Source: a virus
Taxonomy: Duplodnaviria; Caudoviricetes
Virus record (IMG/VR): IMGVR_UViG_3300035698_013326
Span: 84-64,083 of that record
Direction: 5' to 3' (one strand)
DNA: 64,000 bases
The notes under the pieces were generated by a model. The model was not told the DNA's origin, ran no database searches, and saw only the letters and a list, made by a program, of their open reading frames with translations. Positions 10,232 to 21,052 of the stretch are shown here, piece by piece (the first letter of the stretch is position 1; each line of letters opens with the position of its first letter). Both the position numbers and the translations under genes were made by a program.

Positions 10232-10630
10232 ATGTCAGTTAGTGATAAGATGGGTGTGATCTGGTCTGATCTTGATCCTAGGATTGTTCCGGATGGTCAA
10301 GGTGACATCAAGATCGTGGAGAATGTGGCATCTGTGATGGGATCTATTGATAATATTCTTCGGACACGTAAGGGGGAGCGAGTTATGCTTCCGGAGTTTG
10401 GGTCCAGCTTAAGTAGTATGGTCTTTGAGAATATTGATCAAACGTTGATGAAGTTTATTGCCCATGAAGTGAAGGAATCTATTGAGCGATGGGATGGTAG
10501 GGTGCTTATAGAGCAGGTGCAGGCTGTTACGGAGCCTGACAAGGGTGCTGTGTCTATTGTGGTGAAGTTCAAAATCAAGGGGTACGGTAGTTCCATTTTC
10601 AAACATGAGATTTTGATGCGAGGAGAATAG
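10232..10630 (+). CDS. Baseplate wedge gp25-like protein
   Basis: SIDNILRTRKGERVMLPEFGS...FE...IERWDGRV. Confidence 0.92.
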   Translation: MSVSDKMGVIWSDLDPRIVPDGQGDIKIVENVASVMGSIDNILRTRKGERVMLPEFGSSLSSMVFENIDQTLMKFIAHEVKESIERWDGRVLIEQVQAVTEPDKGAVSIVVKFKIKGYGSSIFKHEILMRGE

Positions 10631-10631
10631 G

Positions 10632-12338
10632 ATGGCAATAAATACACTTTCCTATGTGGATTTTGATTTTAATACGATTGTGACTCAGTTGCAGGATCGT
10701 ATGGCGAACAGGAATGCCTGGATGGATTTGTATAGATCTGGGACGGGTGAGGTCATTTTGGAGGTTATGGCCTATGTTTTGAATATGGGATTGTTCTACA
10801 CAGAGAGGCGAGCAGAGGAGTCCTATTGGCCTACAGCGAAATTGAGATCTAGCTTAGTGAGTATGGCACCTTTAATTGGGTATTCTCCGAAGCGGAAGTC
10901 TTCGTCTACTGGAAATCTTCAGTTCTCTATTTCAGTGGCATTGGATAAGATTGTATACATTCCGAAGTATACAGAGTGTCAGACTTCAAATGGGGTGAAG
11001 TATCTTACCAATGCGAGCGCTGCGATTGAGAAGGGTTCTTTGTCTGTGACAGTGGAGGGCATTCAGGGGGAGCTGGTTCAGACAGATATTACATCGGATG
11101 GGTCTTTGAATCAGGAGTATTCGATCAATGATACAGGTGTGGAGAATTCTGGTGTTTCTACTAACCCCACACTTAGGGTGATTGTGGATGGTGAGGAGTG
11201 GGTGGAGGTCACCTCATTTTATGCAAGTGAAGTGACGGATGAGCATTTTCGGGTCATCGATGAGATGGACGGAACTGTGACAATTCAGTTTGGGGATGAT
11301 ATCAATGGTGAGTCTCCAAATTCTGGATCAGTGGTTCGGATTCAATATGTGAAATCAGTGGGCTTGAGTAGCAATGTGACTAATGTTGGTTACATTACTA
11401 CATTGAATGATGCCATTTATGACGAGGATGCAGCGGTGGTGTCGAGTGTTTCGGTCACCAATTCTAGCTCATTCTTGGGCGGGGATGATGAAGAGAGTAT
11501 CGAGGAGATTCGTTATGAAGCTCCACAAGTATTTAAGACGGGTGATAGAGCTGTCAATCGGTCTGATTTCGTCTCTATCATTAACAATTACTCAGGTGTG
11601 GCTGACGTGAATGTGTGGGGTGAGAATGAGGAGGCTGAGTTGGCTGGGACAGATGCCGATTATGAGATGCTGAATAAAGTGAAGATCTCCATCATACTAC
11701 AGGAGTGGCAGCTTGCTGATGCTGTATTCAAGGCAACCTTGACCACCCACATCTATGCAAAGTCCATGTTGACGGTAAAATATGAGTATGTGACTCCTAC
11801 CATTCTCTATATAATTCCCAGGCTTTGGGTCAAGGCGGCAACTGGGGAATCATTGTCTCAGACGCAAGCTGACATTGAGACAGCCTTGGCTGCTCAGTTT
11901 TCTCTGGGGGACACAACGAAGCTGGGAACTACAGTGAAGTACAGTAATGTGCTGGCAGCTGTGGATGACTTGGATCGTGTTGCTTATGTGAACATGCAGT
12001 TGGAGGTTTACAAGGTCTTGTCCAGCACCTACAATTCCATTTATGATTGGGGGGCTTTGTTGGGGGTGACGGAAATTGATCCGGGAACGGTTCGGTTGTT
12101 TTTGGATAGTGTATACTCAACAACGGATGTGGACAATCAAGATGGGACTGGGACCTTCACAGCATCTGGAGTGACTGGAACAATTGATTACAGTACTGGA
12201 GAGCTTCTGTTGGATGCTCCAGGCGCATCAGCAGCATATGTGAGGTATCAGCAGGATGAGACTGGGAACATTGTCCCCACGTTCAGACAGATCTGTAAGT
12301 TGCATGACGTGGATATCGTAAGCATTTCGAATGTATGA
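10632..12338 (+). CDS. Baseplate wedge gp6 / baseplate J-like protein
   Basis: DFD.I, A.LIGY.P, IQFGD...G..P, GG.D.ESIEEIR..AP, RAV...D. Confidence 0.9.
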   Translation: MAINTLSYVDFDFNTIVTQLQDRMANRNAWMDLYRSGTGEVILEVMAYVLNMGLFYTERRAEESYWPTAKLRSSLVSMAPLIGYSPKRKSSSTGNLQFSISVALDKIVYIPKYTECQTSNGVKYLTNASAAIEKGSLSVTVEGIQGELVQTDITSDGSLNQEYSINDTGVENSGVSTNPTLRVIVDGEEWVEVTSFYASEVTDEHFRVIDEMDGTVTIQFGDDINGESPNSGSVVRIQYVKSVGLSSNVTNVGYITTLNDAIYDEDAAVVSSVSVTNSSSFLGGDDEESIEEIRYEAPQVFKTGDRAVNRSDFVSIINNYSGVADVNVWGENEEAELAGTDADYEMLNKVKISIILQEWQLADAVFKATLTTHIYAKSMLTVKYEYVTPTILYIIPRLWVKAATGESLSQTQADIETALAAQFSLGDTTKLGTTVKYSNVLAAVDDLDRVAYVNMQLEVYKVLSSTYNSIYDWGALLGVTEIDPGTVRLFLDSVYSTTDVDNQDGTGTFTASGVTGTIDYSTGELLLDAPGASAAYVRYQQDETGNIVPTFRQICKLHDVDIVSISNV

Positions 12339-12349
12339 TGAGGTGAGAC

Positions 12350-12847
12350 ATGTTGGAACAAAGATGGTCAGTTAGACAAGTACGTTTGGGGAATGTGATC
12401 TGGGAGATTGAGGACAAGAAGAATCGTCTCGTGGATGAGGGTGAGCGAGCAATTGTTGACTCTTTTTATAGAGATAAGGCAGCTAACTACTTTGGCATGA
12501 CCAATTTCTACGTTGGGATGTACAATGGGTCTATCCAAGAGTCTACGATCTTGGCTACTCTGCCGAATGAGCCCACGTCTGGGGTCAATAACTATGCTCG
12601 TGAGATGGTGGAGAGGTCCGATATTGGTTTTCCAACTTTGGAGAAGCATGAGGATGATTGGCGGGTTGTGTCGAAAAATCTTACCATTACAGCTTCTGGG
12701 GGGGACATTGGTCCTGTGAATGGTGCTTTTATTGGCACTTCTTCAGATAATACGGGAACATTGATCGGTGTTGTGTCGTATGGTGTTGAGAGGACTATCA
12801 TTGATGGTGATGCTATCATTCTAACTGTCAAGTGCAAGATGAAATGA
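12350..12847 (+). CDS. Virion structural protein (tail-fibre associated)
   Basis: N.LVDEGE, EPTSG..YAR motifs; tail operon. Confidence 0.55.
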   Translation: MLEQRWSVRQVRLGNVIWEIEDKKNRLVDEGERAIVDSFYRDKAANYFGMTNFYVGMYNGSIQESTILATLPNEPTSGVNNYAREMVERSDIGFPTLEKHEDDWRVVSKNLTITASGGDIGPVNGAFIGTSSDNTGTLIGVVSYGVERTIIDGDAIILTVKCKMK

Positions 12848-12863
12848 TCTAAGGAGATTGAGA

Positions 12864-13259
12864 ATGCCTTTTTCAAATTACTGGAGAAATCACTTGTTGG
12901 GTCATGCCTTCAATAAGGAGGTGTTTGCACCTCTAGATGTGTATTGTGTGGGCCTGTCTTCTGCTGAGCCGTTGAGAGATGCTTCTGGGTTGGCAGAGCC
13001 ATCTGGTGGTGGGTATGTAAGAATAGCTACATCTGCCAGCGATTGGACAGATGTTTCTGGTGGAGATATTCACAATCTTGATACCATATACTTGGCAGAG
13101 GCAACAGTGAATTGGGGTTGGGTGTATTATTTTGTGCTTTTCGATGCACTAACCGGAGGGAATATGTTAGTGTACGGAGCATTGACTGCGGGAGTGGATA
13201 TTTCTGCTGGAGATATTAAAAAGTTCAATGCCAATGACTTGGCTGTTTCATTGGCCTAA
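12864..13259 (+). CDS. Virion structural protein (tail-fibre associated)
   Basis: EPSGGGYVR, A...WG....F.LFDA.TGGN.L.YG.L motif common in tail modules. Confidence 0.65.
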   Translation: MPFSNYWRNHLLGHAFNKEVFAPLDVYCVGLSSAEPLRDASGLAEPSGGGYVRIATSASDWTDVSGGDIHNLDTIYLAEATVNWGWVYYFVLFDALTGGNMLVYGALTAGVDISAGDIKKFNANDLAVSLA

Positions 13260-13274
13260 GGCAGGAGGGTAGCA

Positions 13275-15218
13275 ATGTCTATTGTTCTTACTACAGCCTC
13301 TCAGTGTGGGATGTATCCGGGTCCTATTGTGTCCGCGCTTCCATTTACTATTTTCACATGGTTCAAGTCTACAGATGATTCTGCATTGCAGGCCATATGG
13401 GCTCAATCAGATTATAACGATACAAAATATTACTGGAGATTGGCAGCATCTGGACATGTGGCTGGAGACCCTGTGGGCGTTACTATGCGTAATGGGGGGA
13501 CTCCCGATGTATTTGAGACGACTTCTGGGTTCACTGCAAATGTTTGGCATAGTGCATTTTTCATTAATATCAACGCCACTGATCATAGGGTGTATATAGA
13601 TGGGGGTTCTGTAGGTGCTTCTATAATTAATATGGGTTCCATTGCGGCTGCTAGGATGACAATTGGGGCAATGGCCTATGATTTCAGTGGTAACTATGTC
13701 AATCAGTTTTTTGGGAAAATAGCACATACAGCTGCATGGGACATCGCACTATCTTCAGAGGAGTATGGGCTTCTTGCTGCTGGAAGGACACCTTTGGAAA
13801 TTCAGCCAGCGCATTTGTTAGGGTACTGGCCTTTGGTTGAGGATGTTAAGGACTACAGTGGTAGTGGCAAAAACCTCATTATCATAGGTGCTCCAACATT
13901 TGATGCTGTTGATGATCCAATTGTTCGTATGGAGCTAATTGGTGGTGTGTCTGTTCCAGAGCGACTTGATGATATGCCTGACTCATTGGATCAGTTTGGA
14001 TTTGAGGAGTTGGGTGGTCTTCTGTATGTTGTAGGTGGAGTTAATAACGATACATCTGAGGGTGCTCAGGGCACTCATCAAAAGACGGTGTATGCATACG
14101 ATCCAGCCACTGATACGTGGTCACAAAAAGAAAGTATTCCGGTTGCTATGCAGAGTGTGGTTCTTCGGGCAGCTGGGGGCAAGCTGTATTGCATTGGTGG
14201 CTACAATAGCTATCTTGCTCTTAAGTACGATACCGTTTACGAATATGATCCGGATACTGATAACTGGGCAACAAAGACTCCCATGGCCACTGCTCGTGAG
14301 GATATGGCATCGGCAGTTGTTGATGGAAAAATTTACATATTTGGTGGATTGGAGAATGCTGGTCATGTTATTCCAACTTCCGTAGAAATCTATGATCCAG
14401 CTGCTGATACATGGGATAGCACTAAAACATGGCCAACTCCAAGAGCATTAGGGGATTTTGGGGTAGCACATAGTGGTAAAATCTATTTGATCAGTGGTAC
14501 AGATGATATGTCCACATACCCCACAGATTTGAGAAGTGTCACAACTGTGGAGGTATATGATCCGGTTCTTGATACGTATACTTCTAAGACCGCAATACCG
14601 ATAGCTGTGAGCTATAAGAATGTTGAAGAATTGGAGGGGATGCTGTATGTCATTGGTGGAGTAGGAGATACTCTTACTGATTACATTGAATCTAATCAAG
14701 TATACGATGTTAGTTTGGATAATTGGCAGACGTATCGTAATTTGGCATATTCAGCACGGAGCATTGGTTCTACTAAATACAATGGTAGTTTATACTTTGC
14801 AGGCGGGGACATTGGATCTAGAGTTGCATATCTGTACAAACTAACACCTACAGGTGTGGGAATTTCTAGTGCTTCTGGAACACTGTCTGCGAGTACGGCA
14901 TCACCGGTAATTACTTCACAATCTGGTTCTGAGACGGTATATGTTGATTCTGTTCCCACACCTTTGTCGGTGGTAGCAACTGGTCAACCTTCTCCTACAT
15001 ATCAGTGGTATGCAGGAGGCGCACTCATTGATGGGGCCGTTCTTGCAACCTATTCGCCATCTGCTCAGACATCGCCTGTGGCGATTTCATATGTTTGTCG
15101 AGTCACAAATGTAGAAGGATCTGTGGATTCCACCCCAATGGTGGTGACATGGCAAGTGGCCTCAGTTCCTACTACATATAATATTTTGAATATGCCGTTA
15201 GATCTCAATAGAACATAA
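13275..15218 (+). CDS. LamG/ConA-like + Kelch-repeat propeller + Ig-like adhesin
   Basis: WH...YIDG...FFGKI...W LamG pattern; about 6 LYVxGG...YDP..D.W Kelch repeats; C-terminal YQWY...YVC.VTN..G Ig motif. Confidence 0.85.
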   Translation: MSIVLTTASQCGMYPGPIVSALPFTIFTWFKSTDDSALQAIWAQSDYNDTKYYWRLAASGHVAGDPVGVTMRNGGTPDVFETTSGFTANVWHSAFFININATDHRVYIDGGSVGASIINMGSIAAARMTIGAMAYDFSGNYVNQFFGKIAHTAAWDIALSSEEYGLLAAGRTPLEIQPAHLLGYWPLVEDVKDYSGSGKNLIIIGAPTFDAVDDPIVRMELIGGVSVPERLDDMPDSLDQFGFEELGGLLYVVGGVNNDTSEGAQGTHQKTVYAYDPATDTWSQKESIPVAMQSVVLRAAGGKLYCIGGYNSYLALKYDTVYEYDPDTDNWATKTPMATAREDMASAVVDGKIYIFGGLENAGHVIPTSVEIYDPAADTWDSTKTWPTPRALGDFGVAHSGKIYLISGTDDMSTYPTDLRSVTTVEVYDPVLDTYTSKTAIPIAVSYKNVEELEGMLYVIGGVGDTLTDYIESNQVYDVSLDNWQTYRNLAYSARSIGSTKYNGSLYFAGGDIGSRVAYLYKLTPTGVGISSASGTLSASTASPVITSQSGSETVYVDSVPTPLSVVATGQPSPTYQWYAGGALIDGAVLATYSPSAQTSPVAISYVCRVTNVEGSVDSTPMVVTWQVASVPTTYNILNMPLDLNRT

Positions 15219-15224
15219 GGGAGA

Positions 15225-16466
15225 GTGATTGTGACTACTTGGTATTTAGATCAGACATTCTATTTGGATCAAGAGGATTCCAGAGAGGTCTATGGTGAGG
15301 GAACCATAGATGGTGACAATCAGTATGTCCATAATCCATTTGCGGATCGTGAGTTGGAGATGGAGCATGAGTTGACAGTGGATATCATTCATGATATTCC
15401 ACTTGATCTTATGCCGTTGTTTCCGATGAAGTTTCATAGTTCTGCTATTTTGCAGGATTTAGTGGCTGAATTTGGGATTCAGGTTGGGAATTGGCTCACT
15501 AAGACTGAGGACATTGTTAAGTTGTTGGGTCCGAACACTGTGTCTTCTACCACGTATATTCGGTATTTGGGTGCGCTGATTGGTGTTACGTTCCCATCGG
15601 AGGATGATTCGACAGAAGCTGAGTTGCGTAAGACGTTGACGGATGCGATTGATTGGTATAAGGTCAAGGGTACATATGATTCCATCAATGTGATTGCAGC
15701 CATTAATCAGTTGTCTATTAACATTTGGGACATGTATACAAATGATTATTCCACGTTCTACCTAGTGGAGTGGTTTGTGGGTGATGAGGATGAGAATCCT
15801 CCGGGGTTCGATTCGACTTATTACAAGAGTCCACATTTTGGGGCTGAGGTGGTCTTGGATCGTGTTCGTGTATATGGGTCTCAGAATTATTTGTGGTATG
15901 AGGGTTTGAGTGACAATTTCATCTTGTTGGTGGAAGAGACTCGTCCGGTGCATACGGTTCCGCATTACATGATCTTATTGAATCCGAAGACGGATGAGTT
16001 TGGGAATGTGATTGAGGTGAGTGGTGGGATTACGGCTAAGATCACTGGTAATTGGGAAGTGAGTCAGGATTATTTTGATGTAGCTACCAGTGGGGTGACT
16101 TGGGAGTTTGACAATGGTTCTATGGTGTTTGACAATTCATTAGAGGGTTTTGTGAAATCCATTACGAAATGGGTTCTGGGCACTGGGAATTATGGTGGAG
16201 ATTTGTCAGATACTGGATTTGATATTCAGAGTCCTGCATTGACTGGAACTATTTTGGCTGGGGATATTACTATTACTGCTGATAAGATCATTTATGAGTT
16301 CATCGTTTCAAAGGCGACAGTTCAGGCAGGATTAACAGAGCTTGGATTATATGTGGGTGGTTCAGATACATTGGTGTTAGCGAGTCTGTTTCCGAAGATC
16401 GATAAGACTTCAGACGTGGAATTGCGTGTAGTGGTTGAATTGTGGAAAAAGGATTTATCTAGTTAG
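15225..16466 (+). CDS. Baseplate/tail protein (P2 gpI / T4 gp7-like)
   Basis: YL..LIG, LR..L..AI.WYK.KGT..SI, RPVH motifs. Confidence 0.75.
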   Translation: MIVTTWYLDQTFYLDQEDSREVYGEGTIDGDNQYVHNPFADRELEMEHELTVDIIHDIPLDLMPLFPMKFHSSAILQDLVAEFGIQVGNWLTKTEDIVKLLGPNTVSSTTYIRYLGALIGVTFPSEDDSTEAELRKTLTDAIDWYKVKGTYDSINVIAAINQLSINIWDMYTNDYSTFYLVEWFVGDEDENPPGFDSTYYKSPHFGAEVVLDRVRVYGSQNYLWYEGLSDNFILLVEETRPVHTVPHYMILLNPKTDEFGNVIEVSGGITAKITGNWEVSQDYFDVATSGVTWEFDNGSMVFDNSLEGFVKSITKWVLGTGNYGGDLSDTGFDIQSPALTGTILAGDITITADKIIYEFIVSKATVQAGLTELGLYVGGSDTLVLASLFPKIDKTSDVELRVVVELWKKDLSS

Positions 16467-16478
16467 GGGGAGGTTGAT

Positions 16479-17741
16479 ATGCCAGCTGATGTTGGATCAC
16501 AAACATTAAGTTTGAAGTACGGGGCTCCTGGAAATTCGGCGGAGATAAATCGAAGATTTGTTGACGTGCGCCCAGTTGGGATTTATGAGGATGGTGTGTT
16601 GTCAGTGGTTGACAATACTCATGCCAGTCTTTCTGCATTGGTGTGTGAGATAGCAGATGGCACACATCAGGTGCGAATTGCTACGACAGCGGCTGTCAGC
16701 ATTCTAGTGGGATTGACTACACCATACATTATCCTTCGATGGTCATATACAGGGACTACTTCTGATTATATGGAGATCCTTGCAGTGAACAGTACCAGCA
16801 TTTTGGTTACAGATTTGGTTGTGGCAAAGTGTGCATTCTCTGGTGGTGGGGCGCTGAATGGTTTTGATTATGGAGATAGTGATTATCCAAGAACACATCC
16901 CAACATGCAGGACTTTGCCTTGAGGGTGGTTCCAGCGACGGGGTTGCGGATGTATGTGCAGCCGGGGTATTTCCAGGACAGTTTGCAGGCTACTCTGATT
17001 CCTTTTCAGTTGACAGATGCATTGTCTGCGCCTGCCACGAACAGTAAGATTTTTTTGGTGTATATCGATACATCAACTGGGGTGGTGAGTGTGGATTCGT
17101 CTGGGACGGCAGCGGCGTCTCCTGTGGCTCCTGAATACAATGGGAAGCTTGTGTTGGCTGAGGTGACTCTTGCCAGCACCACTACTACAATTATAGCATC
17201 CATGATCAGAGACGTGCGTCCTCATGTGACATATGGGAAGGAATCGGTGGATGGGACATCCATCACCCATAATGCAGCTGGAGCCCTGAAGCACGTTGAT
17301 CCATATTACATGTTGACGAGAACGATTGGGCATCAGCTTGATGGAAATACAACATGGACTCCGTTGACGAATTATGGTACGGTGATTGGGTCGAATGGAA
17401 TTACAGTGGCTGTGGGCGGCATCTTCACACTTCCTGCTGGAAGATTGTATGAGCTTGCTTATACTATGATGTTTCAGAGGCAGACTGGGTCTCCAGAGGT
17501 GCGGGTTAGGTATCATGTGCTTTCTGGTGATCTGAGTTGGTGGCTTGCGGATGATGAATACAATCAGTCTATAGCAAGGTGTGAGATCGAGAATGATGCG
17601 GATTCACACAATACGTTGTCATATAAGGGCATGATTCTGCCAGCTACGAATACAACATTGAGGCTTGAGGTGATTACGAAGGACGCATCTACGGCAGACG
17701 CATTCGTATGGGCATGTACATTGGCTATGATTGGTAGATAG
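16479..17741 (+). CDS. Tail fibre-like protein A
   Basis: Beta-rich; G.AA.SP.AP.Y..KLVLAEVT module; paralogous to the next gene. Confidence 0.65.
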   Translation: MPADVGSQTLSLKYGAPGNSAEINRRFVDVRPVGIYEDGVLSVVDNTHASLSALVCEIADGTHQVRIATTAAVSILVGLTTPYIILRWSYTGTTSDYMEILAVNSTSILVTDLVVAKCAFSGGGALNGFDYGDSDYPRTHPNMQDFALRVVPATGLRMYVQPGYFQDSLQATLIPFQLTDALSAPATNSKIFLVYIDTSTGVVSVDSSGTAAASPVAPEYNGKLVLAEVTLASTTTTIIASMIRDVRPHVTYGKESVDGTSITHNAAGALKHVDPYYMLTRTIGHQLDGNTTWTPLTNYGTVIGSNGITVAVGGIFTLPAGRLYELAYTMMFQRQTGSPEVRVRYHVLSGDLSWWLADDEYNQSIARCEIENDADSHNTLSYKGMILPATNTTLRLEVITKDASTADAFVWACTLAMIGR

Positions 17742-17751
17742 GAGAGAAGAA

Positions 17752-18912
17752 ATGGGATCAATAAACCATGGAACACAGACAATGACCTTCGCATATTATC
17801 TGGAGGCCACTGCTTTGAATTTTGGTAAGCGACTTTTGGATGTGATGCCAGTGGGTATCTACAGTGGTGGATATTGTACTAGAGTAACGGACAGTCAGGT
17901 GTCCTTGAGTACACTTGTGGCTGAGATCAAGGCTGCTTCAGCTCAGATCAATGTTAGGACGGCAGTGGTGGCCACATTGGATTCAACTACGCTGGATAGT
18001 GGATCTATCTCTTCTGCTACGCCGTATCTGGTGTTGCGATGGGCCTTCTCTGCTACAGTGGCGAATTATGTGGAGGTTCATGCTATTGCTTCCTTGGCTG
18101 CGAAGCTGGAGAATGATGTGGTTATTGGGAAATGTGTGTTTTCTGGGGCCACATTAGTTAGCTTTGATTATGCGGATAGGACGTTCCCGATGATTCAGAG
18201 TAGATGTCTTCATGTGGAAGCTACGCCTGATACGGAGATGTATGTGTGGTTACGTGGTGGTGTGGTGAATATAGGGACAGCAAAGGTCGTGATTGGTGAT
18301 CAGAAGGTGGGCTTGTTTGTGGCTCCGTCTTCCCCCAATTCTCGCATAGATCTGGTCTATTTAGATTCAGATGGTGGTCCACAAATTCTTCAGGGTACGG
18401 CGGCTGTTTCCCCCTCTGCTCCGGCATATGGGAATAAGTTGGTTTTGGCTGAAGTGACAGTGGTGAATGGGGACACGAATTTGACATGGGATAGGATTGT
18501 CGATGCCAGAGCATTCTTGTCATACCCGCAATCAAGTGCATCACAGATGGTAGAGTCATTTGGAACGGATGACATTTCTTACAATATAGCAGCATGGGCT
18601 ACCATTCCAAATATGACACTGACCATCACAACTACTGGGGGTAGGCTGCATATCGTTGGAAAAGTTCCAATTACATATTCGACGGATGAGCTTTACAACA
18701 AATTTCGATTGCGCGTTGATGGTGTAGAGAAGTCTGTTGAGCGGATCGAGTGTGGTTATCATCAGTCACATGTTACATGGAATATTGATTATTATGTACA
18801 ATTGAGTGCTGGAGCCCATACTATTGATCTTCAATGGTATAGAGAGCAATTGACGTCATACCAGTATGGTTCACAATGGAAACGATATCTCCAGGTAGTG
18901 GAAGGGAATTGA
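17752..18912 (+). CDS. Tail fibre-like protein B (paralogue of A)
   Basis: Shares PVGIY, PY..LRW, KC.FSG, RIDLVY/KIFLVY, KLVLAEVT with gene A; C-terminus differs. Confidence 0.65.
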   Translation: MGSINHGTQTMTFAYYLEATALNFGKRLLDVMPVGIYSGGYCTRVTDSQVSLSTLVAEIKAASAQINVRTAVVATLDSTTLDSGSISSATPYLVLRWAFSATVANYVEVHAIASLAAKLENDVVIGKCVFSGATLVSFDYADRTFPMIQSRCLHVEATPDTEMYVWLRGGVVNIGTAKVVIGDQKVGLFVAPSSPNSRIDLVYLDSDGGPQILQGTAAVSPSAPAYGNKLVLAEVTVVNGDTNLTWDRIVDARAFLSYPQSSASQMVESFGTDDISYNIAAWATIPNMTLTITTTGGRLHIVGKVPITYSTDELYNKFRLRVDGVEKSVERIECGYHQSHVTWNIDYYVQLSAGAHTIDLQWYREQLTSYQYGSQWKRYLQVVEGN

Positions 18913-19655
18913 TGGGCATTTTGATTAACACACATCGTGGGACATCTGTAAAGAAGGTGCAGTTGACTAAGAAGTTCAAGGGGAAGTTGATTACGGATGT
19001 TCTTCAGAATGGTGATTGGAGTGATGAGCGGTGTCTGATCATTGGTGGTGGTCCCAGCTTAGTGGGGTTTGATTTTAATCAGTTGGATGGTGAAAAGACG
19101 ATTGGAATCAACAAGGCGTTCGTGCAGTATCATGCCACGGTGAATTATTCGATGGATCACACATTTTTTGAGATGGTGGAACTGAATAGGTCACCGAAGC
19201 AGAATCATTATGAACTGCATCAGCAGTGGTGTCAGTATGAGGGCATCAAGGTGTTTCTGAAGACCATGCATCAGCAGTACAATGAGAATGTGTACTGTGT
19301 GTCAGAGTTGGGGAAGAAGGGCATCAGTTTTGATCTGGCGCAGGGCATTTTTCAGGGGAACAATGCAGGGTGCGGTGCTATCATGTTGGCAGTGGCTTTG
19401 GGATGCAAGAGGATCGGGCTATTGGGCTACGACTTTAAGATCCAGCAGATCGGTGCTAAGATAAAGACACATTGGCATGATGGGTATGGGAAAGGGACAA
19501 CCAGGAGCTTGATGAGGAATCTGGAGAGTTTTAGGACATGCATTGAGGAGATTGGTCCTGGTTTATTGGAAATGGGATTGTCAGTGTACAACTTGAATCT
19601 AGACAGTGGATTGCAGTGTTTTCCTAAGATTTCTGTAAAAGAGTTTTTTTCCTAG
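18912..19655 (+). CDS. Maf/DUF115-like putative glycosyltransferase
   Basis: IIGGGPSL, IGINKA, AI.LA..LG...I.LLGYD, THWH. Confidence 0.7.
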   Translation: MGILINTHRGTSVKKVQLTKKFKGKLITDVLQNGDWSDERCLIIGGGPSLVGFDFNQLDGEKTIGINKAFVQYHATVNYSMDHTFFEMVELNRSPKQNHYELHQQWCQYEGIKVFLKTMHQQYNENVYCVSELGKKGISFDLAQGIFQGNNAGCGAIMLAVALGCKRIGLLGYDFKIQQIGAKIKTHWHDGYGKGTTRSLMRNLESFRTCIEEIGPGLLEMGLSVYNLNLDSGLQCFPKISVKEFFS

Positions 19656-19718
19656 GTCAAATGTTGTATAGTGATAGTGAAGGAGTTATTGCTGGAATTC
19701 AATGGGTTGGAGTGCTTT

Positions 19719-20396
19719 ATGAGTGACATCTCTAGATCGTGTTACATCGTGGGTAGTGGGCCTTCTATGTGTGGGTTTGATTATGAGGCACTGCGCTCAT
19801 GTGATACAATCACAATCAATCAATCTTTGTTTGTGGTTCCTAATCCGACATACTTTGTCACAAAGGATTATACGTGGGTAAATAAGGCTCAGAAGGTTCA
19901 GAATAAGCCCCTTTCCCATATGGATGTGTGGGGAGCTGTGGACTCTTACTTCATTGTAGGAATGAGAGAGCCACGAATGGTGAGAGTTGGCAGAGATTGT
20001 ATAGATACAAAGTTTGATTTGCGATATAATTTGTCTGCATTTAAGAACGTCATCTATACAAGTTCAGAGGGTGGAATTGGGATGAGCTTTGATGATTTTC
20101 GTAATGGGGGCGATTCTGGATATGCGGCGTTGCAGTTGGCAGTGATTTTGGGATACTCTCGAATCTTTCTGTTGGGGATAGACATGTTTGTGGCTGGAGA
20201 TAGGACACATTGTCACAGGGATTATGGTAATAGATCTCCTATTGCATACATGAATAAGTTGACCAGTTTTTATAAAAAGTGGGTGAAGGCATTGGGGGTG
20301 ATTCATGAGACTGTGAATTGTCAGGTAGTGTCGTGCTCTCCTATTAGTCGATTGAATTCAATTATACCCTATCAGCGAATTGAGGATGTCTTATGA
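19719..20396 (+). CDS. Second Maf/DUF115-like putative glycosyltransferase
   Basis: IVGSGPSM, ITIN, SGYAALQLA..LGY..IFLLGIDM. Confidence 0.7.
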   Translation: MSDISRSCYIVGSGPSMCGFDYEALRSCDTITINQSLFVVPNPTYFVTKDYTWVNKAQKVQNKPLSHMDVWGAVDSYFIVGMREPRMVRVGRDCIDTKFDLRYNLSAFKNVIYTSSEGGIGMSFDDFRNGGDSGYAALQLAVILGYSRIFLLGIDMFVAGDRTHCHRDYGNRSPIAYMNKLTSFYKKWVKALGVIHETVNCQVVSCSPISRLNSIIPYQRIEDVL

Positions 20397-21052
20397 ATAA
20401 GATGACGATAATAATTGCCACTAGAAATAGGTGGGATAAGCTTTGTGGTGTTCTGGATTCCATTGATATGGATGTGAACGTTGTGGTGATGTGTGATGGG
20501 GATCAGGATACGTATGATAGGTTGGATGGTATTGATGTGGAGAGGCGATTGTCTCATGAGCATATTGGGTCTGTTGCATGTCGAAATTTGATACTGAGGC
20601 AGCATGAGATGGATGGTTGTCTTTATGCTACAGATGATATTGAGTTTTATCCTGGCGCATTGCGGCGTGTTTTTGATTTGTTTAATGTGACATTTGAATC
20701 AGATGATGGTGTGGTGGGCTTGGTGCAGGATCAATCTCACCATTCTACTGGTGTTGCATTGGTTGGGGGCGCGTTTTTGGGTAGGTATCCGGATCGACAG
20801 TTGTTTTATCCTGGGTATTTTCACTTTGCTGCACAGGAGATTTTGCGGTATTGTAAGTTTTTGGAGGAGATGACTGATGAGACGTATTTTGTGAAAGACA
20901 CTGCCATTTCGCTTTCACATAAGCATCCATCCATATATAGGAAATTCCTTGATCAGACACATGTGGATGCTCGTGAGCATAAGAGTAGAGATATGAAACT
21001 GATGAATTTTCGTGCGTTTCACAGAAAGGTATGGCCAATAGATGCGGATTAA
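20393..21052 (+). CDS. GT-A (GT2-like) glycosyltransferase
   Basis: IIIATRNR...L...L.SI, V..DG, RN, ATDD. Confidence 0.75.
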   Translation: MNKMTIIIATRNRWDKLCGVLDSIDMDVNVVVMCDGDQDTYDRLDGIDVERRLSHEHIGSVACRNLILRQHEMDGCLYATDDIEFYPGALRRVFDLFNVTFESDDGVVGLVQDQSHHSTGVALVGGAFLGRYPDRQLFYPGYFHFAAQEILRYCKFLEEMTDETYFVKDTAISLSHKHPSIYRKFLDQTHVDAREHKSRDMKLMNFRAFHRKVWPIDAD

